From Bacteroidales bacterium (lineage in GTDB: Bacteria; Bacteroidota; Bacteroidia; Bacteroidales; M50B96): 55,022 bases of DNA. The notes beneath the pieces are model-generated. The model was not told the origin of the DNA and did no database searches. It saw only the letters and a list, made by a program, of their open reading frames with translations. The position numbers were made by a program, and so were the translations under genes. Below are positions 49,462 through 55,022 of this stretch, one piece after another; the stretch's first letter is position 1, and every line of letters begins with the position of its first letter. The stretch spans positions 1 to 55,022 of the forward strand of contig JAIPAR010000002.1 in assembly GCA_021739985.1 (NCBI GenBank), written 5' to 3'.

Positions 49462-51024
49462 TCAGGTTAGAACATCTTTTTCATTTTGATCAGTGAAACG
49501 ATATTCAAGCATGGCAAAACTAGCAACAGCTTTCACTTTTAGTTTGACTTTGTATTTTCGGGCCCATTGATATCGAATCGAAAAAATATTTTTGGTAAGA
49601 TGCGATTCGATGTAAGGATGGACTTTGAGTATGAATGAGTTGAGCGATGGGTTTTCGCGGAGGATATACTTTAGGTTATTTTCGATTTCATCGATAAGGA
49701 GAATGCTGGATTGAATTTCGCCGGAGCCATGACAGCTGGGGCATTTTTCAACTACATCAATATCGGTTTCCGGACGAACACGCTGGCGGGTAATTTCCAT
49801 AAGTCCGAATTTGCTCAACGGAAGGATGGTATGTTTGGCCTGGTCGGATTCCATCAGAAATTTCATCTTTTCATAGAGAGCATTTCGGTTGGAGCCTTGT
49901 GTCATGTCAATAAAGTCAATCACAATAATTCCGCCCATATCGCGAAGTTTAAGTTGACGGGCAACTTCTTCAGCGGCTGACATATTCACTTCTAAAGCAT
50001 TAATTTCCTGATTTTGGTCTTTTTTACTTCGATTTCCGGAATTAACATCAATCACATGGAGGGCTTCTGTATGTTCAATGATTAGGTAGGCACCTGATTT
50101 AAAAGTAACCGTTTTACCGAAGCTGCTATGAATTTGTTTATCGACGCCAAACTGCTCAAAAATCGGTGATTTCGAAGTTACGAGTTTAACAATTTTGGAC
50201 TTTTCGGGGTCAATGGATTCAACATAGGCTTTAATTTGGCTGTAAATGATAGAATCGTTTACAAAGATATTGTTGAAAGAGGAATTATAGATATCACGGA
50301 CGATTGCAGCAGAGCGATTAAGTTCGCCCATAAAAAGCTGAGGTGCAGCCAGGTTCTTGATATTTTGGAGGGAAGTTTCCCAGCGTTCCACCAGTCCTCG
50401 AATTTCATCGTCGAGTGTAGCGACGCGTTTATTTTTAGCTGCTGTACGAACGATGACGCCGTAGTTATTGGGTTTAATACTTTTAATCAACTTTTTCAGT
50501 CTGAGTTTTTCCTCATCTGAAGTTATTTTTTGGCTGATAGAGATTTTATTGGAGAAAGGGATTAGTACCAGGTTTCGGCCGGGGATTGACAATTCGGAGG
50601 AAAGTCTGGGACCTTTCGAAGAAATGGGTTCTTTAGCGATTTGTACCAGCATCAGTTGTCCTTGTGAAAGGACATCGGTAATTTTCCCATTTTTATTGAT
50701 ATCTCCAACCGGATTGAAGGTATGGAAAGGGGGGAGTTGCTGTTCAGAAAGCGCTATTTGGAGGTAATTGGCCATTGAATTAATCTGGGGGCCGAGGTCC
50801 AGATAATGGAGAAATGCATCTTTTTCATAGCCGACATTGATAAATGCGGCATTTAGACCTGGCATTATTTTCTTGACCTTTGCCAGATAAATATCTCCAA
50901 CTGCAAACTGGATATTATTTTTCTCCTTAAAGAGACCGGTAAGAATTTTATTTTCAAGGAGAGCAATTGCTGTTTCGGATTTGGAAACATCAATAATTAA
51001 GTCCTTTTCTGTTTGATCGGACAT
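49462..51024 (-). CDS. rng: Ribonuclease E/G family (RNase G-sized)
   Basis: S1 domain (GDIY..PGLNAAF), IDVNSG, LRDMGGIIVIDFIDM, CPSCHG. Confidence 0.95.
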   Translation of the reverse strand: MSDQTEKDLIIDVSKSETAIALLENKILTGLFKEKNNIQFAVGDIYLAKVKKIMPGLNAAFINVGYEKDAFLHYLDLGPQINSMANYLQIALSEQQLPPFHTFNPVGDINKNGKITDVLSQGQLMLVQIAKEPISSKGPRLSSELSIPGRNLVLIPFSNKISISQKITSDEEKLRLKKLIKSIKPNNYGVIVRTAAKNKRVATLDDEIRGLVERWETSLQNIKNLAAPQLFMGELNRSAAIVRDIYNSSFNNIFVNDSIIYSQIKAYVESIDPEKSKIVKLVTSKSPIFEQFGVDKQIHSSFGKTVTFKSGAYLIIEHTEALHVIDVNSGNRSKKDQNQEINALEVNMSAAEEVARQLKLRDMGGIIVIDFIDMTQGSNRNALYEKMKFLMESDQAKHTILPLSKFGLMEITRQRVRPETDIDVVEKCPSCHGSGEIQSSILLIDEIENNLKYILRENPSLNSFILKVHPYIESHLTKNIFSIRYQWARKYKVKLKVKAVASFAMLEYRFTDQNEKDVLT

Positions 51025-51060
51025 ATACTAAAAGAGGTAAGGATTAAAACGATTCTAAAC

Positions 51061-51099
51061 ACAATAAACCTAAAGAGAATTTTTCTTTAGGTTTATTGT
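51061..51099. other. 16-bp perfect hairpin between bS22 and rng
   Basis: ACAATAAACCTAAAGA-GAATTTT-TCTTTAGGTTTATTGT. Confidence 0.8.
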
Positions 51100-51125
51100 A
51101 TCACAAAAGACATAAATGAATCAGA

Positions 51126-51218
51126 CTATTTTCTCTTCTTATGTCTGTTTTTTCTAAGGCGTTTTTTCCTTTTATGGGTAGCCATTTTATGTCTTTTTCT
51201 TTTTTTTCCGCTTGGCAT
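51126..51218 (-). CDS. 30S ribosomal protein bS22 (mS38/COX24/AURKAIP1-like), 30 aa; absent from the ORF track
   Basis: Manual translation MPSGKKRKRHKMATHKRKKRLRKNRHKKRK*, located between HU and rng. Confidence 0.9.
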   Translation of the reverse strand: MPSGKKRKRHKMATHKRKKRLRKNRHKKRK

Positions 51219-51244
51219 GATATTCTGGTTGTGATTTAAATAAA

Positions 51245-51520
51245 TTAATTTTTCACCTTGCTCATAAAGGTCTTAGCTGGTTTGAAAGCCGGAATGTTAT
51301 GGGCAGGGATAATAATGGTAGTGTTTTTGGAAATGTTGCGAGCAGTTTTTTCAGCTCTTTCCTTGATGATGAAACTACCAAATCCTCTCAGGTACACATT
51401 TTTACCCTTTGATAGGGAACCTTTAATCGATTCCATGAACGATTCAACAGTTTTAAGAACAGTCACTTTTTCAATTCCGGTGTTCTTAGAAATTTCGTTT
51501 ACGATATCAGCTTTTGTCAT
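51245..51520 (-). CDS. hup: HU/IHF family DNA-binding protein
   Basis: MTKADIV, VYLRGFGSF, RAEKTARNI, PAFKP. Confidence 0.95.
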   Translation of the reverse strand: MTKADIVNEISKNTGIEKVTVLKTVESFMESIKGSLSKGKNVYLRGFGSFIIKERAEKTARNISKNTTIIIPAHNIPAFKPAKTFMSKVKN

Positions 51521-51572
51521 TTTATAAAAACTTTAATTATCAAATACTTACAATTCCTTTTATTTAGGCTTG

Positions 51573-51622
51573 CAAATATAAAGCAATTTCTTTTAGAAAT
51601 AAAACGACAGTAACTATTTTTG
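51573..51622. promoter_or_regulatory. Back-to-back -7 elements for hup (minus) and mutY (plus)
   Basis: TATATTTG(CA) on minus at 51573-51580; TATTTTTG(CA) on plus at 51615-51622. Confidence 0.65.
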
Positions 51623-51634
51623 CATAAATAATTT

Positions 51635-52714
51635 TTGCAAGCATTTCAATCTGTGAATTTTACTGAAGAATTACTGAGTTGGTACGCTCAACATGCACGT
51701 ATTTTACCCTGGAGGGAAGATACCAATCCTTATCATATCTGGATATCGGAAGTGATATTGCAGCAAACCCGTGTTAATCAGGGAATGTCGTATTATTTGC
51801 GATTTGTGGAGAAATATCCGGGAGTTGGGGAGCTGGCTGCTGCTGAGGAAGAGGACGTTCTAAAACTATGGCAAGGGCTTGGTTATTACTCCAGAGCACG
51901 GAATTTGTTGGAGACTGCACGTGTGATTCATCGGGATTATGCCGATTTATTTCCGGGAAGATACGTTGATTTGATACGATTAAAGGGGATAGGAGAATAT
52001 ACTGCTTCAGCAATAGCAAGTATTGCATTTGGGGAAGCTGTTCCTGTGTTGGATGGCAATGTATTTCGTGTATTAGCGCGGGTATTCGGTATCGAAGAAC
52101 CTATCGATTCCACTTCCGGAAGGAAGGTGTTTAAAGCACTGGCTGCTCAGCATTTATCGATCCGGTATCCGGGAATGTACAACCAGGCTGTCATGGAGTT
52201 TGGTGCGTTACAATGTGTGCCTTTGAATCCTGATTGCGAAACATGTGTTCTTCGTGGAATGTGTAAAGCCAAAGAATTGAATTTGCAATCGAGACTTCCG
52301 GTGAAACAATATACCGGGAAGGTTATGGAAGTTTATCATACCTACCTTATCCCATTAATGGGGGCAAAGACAATTATGGAGAAACGGAATACCGGCGGTT
52401 TATGGAGAGGACTGTATCAGTTTCCGTTAATTGAGTCTATCGAAAAGCCTGATCAGTTAAAAATTGTAGAACATACTTTATGGAAGCATTTTGCAGGACA
52501 AGATTCACGGCTTACTTTTTTACCTGATATAGATATTCATTTACTTAGTCATCGAAAAATTTTTGCCAACTATATACTAATTTACAGGTCAGATGAACCC
52601 ATTTTGCCCGATGAGCATTATTTTTTCATTGACCAGTCAGAATTGCATAAATTGCCTGTGTCCAGACTCATGGAGCGCTTTCTGGAAAATAATATTAGGC
52701 GATTTCATGGTTGA
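51635..52714 (+). CDS. mutY: A/G-specific adenine glycosylase
   Basis: LPWR, WISEVILQQT, WQGLGYYSRARN, LKGIGEYT, DGNVFRV, 4Fe-4S motif C-x6-C-x2-C-x5-C. Confidence 0.96.
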   Translation: MQAFQSVNFTEELLSWYAQHARILPWREDTNPYHIWISEVILQQTRVNQGMSYYLRFVEKYPGVGELAAAEEEDVLKLWQGLGYYSRARNLLETARVIHRDYADLFPGRYVDLIRLKGIGEYTASAIASIAFGEAVPVLDGNVFRVLARVFGIEEPIDSTSGRKVFKALAAQHLSIRYPGMYNQAVMEFGALQCVPLNPDCETCVLRGMCKAKELNLQSRLPVKQYTGKVMEVYHTYLIPLMGAKTIMEKRNTGGLWRGLYQFPLIESIEKPDQLKIVEHTLWKHFAGQDSRLTFLPDIDIHLLSHRKIFANYILIYRSDEPILPDEHYFFIDQSELHKLPVSRLMERFLENNIRRFHG

Positions 52715-52733
52715 GGGCAATGCTAAAATTGCT

Positions 52734-52741
52734 TACATTTG
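52734..52741 (+). promoter_or_regulatory. -7 element for ssb-gldE-gldD
   Basis: TACATTTG about 60 nt upstream of ssb. Confidence 0.55.
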
Positions 52742-52802
52742 TCACCCGGGACATGGGGGATGATTGTATGCAGAGTAAAAATCCATTAAATCATTGTTGG
52801 TT

Positions 52803-53216
52803 ATGTTAAACAAAGTAATGTTGATTGGAAATGTGGGGCAAGATCCCAAGGTGAAGTACATTGATTCAGGTGTCGCAGTTGCAAGTTTTACCCTGGCTAC
52901 TAACGAAACGTACAAAGGGAAGAATGGCGAAAAGACTACCCAAACCGAGTGGCATAATATTGTTATGTGGCGGGGTTTGGCTGAAACAATCGAAAAGTAT
53001 GTGAAAAAAGGCGACAGGCTGTATATCGAAGGTCGCTTAAGACATCGTTCGTACGAACAGGATGGCGTTAAAAAGTACATCACTGAGATATATGGAGATG
53101 TTATGGTTATGCTTGGTGGGCAACGAGATTCCAAGCCAGGTGATCAGGATACGCATATACCAGCCCCACCCGCCATGGATACCTCAATCCCGGATGCAGA
53201 CGATCTGCCGTTCTAA
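52803..53216 (+). CDS. ssb: Single-stranded DNA-binding protein
   Basis: NKVMLIGNVGQDP, TEWHNIV, C-terminal DDLPF. ATG at 52803 preferred as start. Confidence 0.97.
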   Translation: MLNKVMLIGNVGQDPKVKYIDSGVAVASFTLATNETYKGKNGEKTTQTEWHNIVMWRGLAETIEKYVKKGDRLYIEGRLRHRSYEQDGVKKYITEIYGDVMVMLGGQRDSKPGDQDTHIPAPPAMDTSIPDADDLPF

Positions 53217-53239
53217 TGTCTCACTAATCGGAGTATAAC

Positions 53240-54922
53240 TTGGATGCACTAACGGGTGAAGACCCATTACCATTAACCTGGATTTGGACACTGAATCAGA
53301 ATGAGGGGAGCATTCTGATTTTAGCGGTGTTATTGGCTATTTCAGCCTTTTTTGTCTTGTTTTTTTCGGGGTCTATACCTGCATTTCGCTCATTGTTACC
53401 TTCATTCTCTTCCCCGGGACGTCTAACGACTACATCCAATTCTATACAAGCCGAGGATCTAGAGTCAAATTCTACAAAAGATTCAAGTTTATCTTCCGTT
53501 TCAGTTACCGGGCAAGGAAAAGCAGAAGTTGGAAATGCATCTATGCAAGCCTCTTCTGTTTCAGTTACCGGGCAAGTAAAAGCAGAAGTTGGGAATGCAT
53601 CTATGCAAGCCTCTTCCGTTTCAGTTACCGGGCAAGGAAAAGCAGAAGTTGGAAATGCATCTATGCAAGCCTCTTCCATGTTATCCAGCCATTTAATTGA
53701 GGGTGTAGCAGGTCATGAATCGTCCAAGCTACCACCCAGGCAATCACAGAAGGCTCCTATAAACGCTTCCGGCGTTTTATTTTCAGAAGGGAAGTCAGAT
53801 TTAGGCTTGGGAAATCCACCGGATAGCTTGCAAATCAAGGCAATCCTACAATTTCTTTCCATATTTTCAAATATATTCTTTGCTAGCATCGCATTCTTAT
53901 TAGGACTGGGATTCCTTGTGATATCCGGCTTCTCCCTGGCATGGATGATAGTATTAGATTTTGCTGGAGTTTTTTTACTCCTTTACCTTTTACGTTTATT
54001 TTCCAGTTATGTAGCTCTGAAAAAGCCCGCCTATGTCCTTCGTGTTTGTTTACCATTTATCCGAACCTTAGCCCATGTTATTGTTTTTTTAACTTCCTAT
54101 TATAGTCAGGCAATCCGAAGAACTATTCATAAACATCTTACCCCACAGGCAATTACGATGGATGAACTATCGGAAGCAATTGAAAATCAAGCTGAAAAAA
54201 ATGAAGGTGAAGCTAAGATTCTTAGGAGTATTGTTGAGTTTGGGGAAGTGGAAGTAAAAGAAGTGATGAAATCACGAGGAGAAGTAGTTGTCTTGGATAT
54301 TGCATTTACATTTAAACAATTGCTGGGAGAGATTATTGAAAGTGGGTATTCCCGGATGCCTGTTATTGACCAAAGTTTTGACCAGGTTGCCGGGATTTTG
54401 TACATTAAAGATATTTTACCCTATTTACAGGAAGGGGATGATTTTACCTGGCAGCATTTAATCAGGCAGCCCTATTTTACGGTTGAAAGTAAGTTGTTAA
54501 GTGATTTACTCGAAGAGTTTAGATTTCAAAAGAATCATATGGCAATTGTAGTTGATGAATATGGAGGGACTAGTGGGATTATTACATTGGAAGATATCTT
54601 AGAGGAAATTGTTGGTGAAATTACCGATGAGATGGATGAAGCCGAAGTAACTTACTCTCAAATCGGGCCATATACTTATCTTTTCGAAGGAAAAACCCTA
54701 TTGAATGACTTTTTACGGATATTAGGAGAGGAAAGCGATTATTTCGATGATTATAGGGGAGAAACAGAAAGTTTGGCCGGTTTAATTCTTGAGAAAACAG
54801 GAGTAATTCCTGAAAAAGGATGCGAGATTTCCATTCGTGAATACTTTTTTAGAATTAAAATGGTTGATTCGAGAAGAATTAAACAAATTGAAGTCAACGT
54901 GAACAAATCAACAAAATCATGA
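53240..54922 (+). CDS. gldE: GldE-like CNNM/CBS/CorC protein with a large N-terminal insertion
   Basis: N-terminal TM segments, CBS pair (SGYSRMPV, VVDEYGGTSGIITLEDILEEIVGEI), CorC_HlyC tail; lies between ssb and gldD. Confidence 0.85.
   Translation: MDALTGEDPLPLTWIWTLNQNEGSILILAVLLAISAFFVLFFSGSIPAFRSLLPSFSSPGRLTTTSNSIQAEDLESNSTKDSSLSSVSVTGQGKAEVGNASMQASSVSVTGQVKAEVGNASMQASSVSVTGQGKAEVGNASMQASSMLSSHLIEGVAGHESSKLPPRQSQKAPINASGVLFSEGKSDLGLGNPPDSLQIKAILQFLSIFSNIFFASIAFLLGLGFLVISGFSLAWMIVLDFAGVFLLLYLLRLFSSYVALKKPAYVLRVCLPFIRTLAHVIVFLTSYYSQAIRRTIHKHLTPQAITMDELSEAIENQAEKNEGEAKILRSIVEFGEVEVKEVMKSRGEVVVLDIAFTFKQLLGEIIESGYSRMPVIDQSFDQVAGILYIKDILPYLQEGDDFTWQHLIRQPYFTVESKLLSDLLEEFRFQKNHMAIVVDEYGGTSGIITLEDILEEIVGEITDEMDEAEVTYSQIGPYTYLFEGKTLLNDFLRILGEESDYFDDYRGETESLAGLILEKTGVIPEKGCEISIREYFFRIKMVDSRRIKQIEVNVNKSTKS
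53492..53677 (+). repeat. In-frame tandem repeat, 60 bp x 3 plus 6 bp
   Basis: Unit TCTTCCGTTTCAGTTACCGGGCAAGGAAAAGCAGAAGTTGGAAATGCATCTATGCAAGCC; the middle copy has 3 substitutions; encodes SSVSVTGQ(G/V)KAEVGNASMQA. Confidence 0.97.
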
Positions 54923-55022
54923 TTCGATTGCCATTTATATTTTCCGCCAGGATTTGGTCTATGTTAATGCTGGGAAGCCTCCTGGTACTTTTTTCTTGTC
55001 GGAAAGATTATATTCCCAAGCC
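54919..55022 (+). CDS. gldD: Gliding-associated lipoprotein GldD, N-terminus (truncated by window end)
   Basis: ATGA overlap with the gldE stop; MIRLPFIFSARIWSMLMLGSLLVLFSCRKDYIPKP has a lipobox FSC and the GldD-like YxPKP. Confidence 0.8.
   Translation, partial: MIRLPFIFSARIWSMLMLGSLLVLFSCRKDYIPK

Noticed and set aside
51258-53134. Antisense ORFs over hup (51258-51527), mutY (51774-52028) and ssb (52742-53134)
   Set aside because: Mirror frames of well-conserved genes.
53492-53677. 60-bp repeats as a CRISPR array
   Set aside because: Head-to-tail copies with no unique spacers, in frame within a CDS, and no cas genes.

Overview
Bacteroidota chromosome segment, probably an environmental Bacteroidales-like lineage. 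The assignment is inferred from TAnnTTTG promoters, signal peptides cleaved before Gln, T9SS C-terminal domains and the gldE/gldD-ssb-mutY-HU-rng synteny. In order, the window holds: the 3' end of an rRNA operon (23S, 5S); a putative porin; a candidate ~140-nt sRNA; a Nudix hydrolase; a four-gene ECF sigma/anti-sigma/periplasmic sensor/Spy-like module with two matching candidate ECF promoters; tRNA-Val; folC; sdhCAB; and two tandem Xaa-Pro aminopeptidases. A 24-kb locus follows, encoding two giant Cys-rich SprB-repeat proteins (2910 and 5084 aa) that both end in type-A-like T9SS signals. The rest is an omega-amidase, icd, an Hpt-like protein with Tyr in place of the phospho-His, a POT transporter, nnr, a DUF4831 lipoprotein, a tandem thioredoxin-domain protein, dsbD, rng, an uncalled 30-aa ribosomal protein bS22, HU, mutY, ssb, a gldE with a 3x60-bp repeat insertion, and the start of gldD. 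I saw no mobile element, CRISPR array or defence system. The best candidates for something undescribed are the giant surface-protein pair with its shared inserted domain, the orphan sRNA, the pseudo-Hpt protein and the ECF module. All family calls come from motif recognition by eye, not from database searches.
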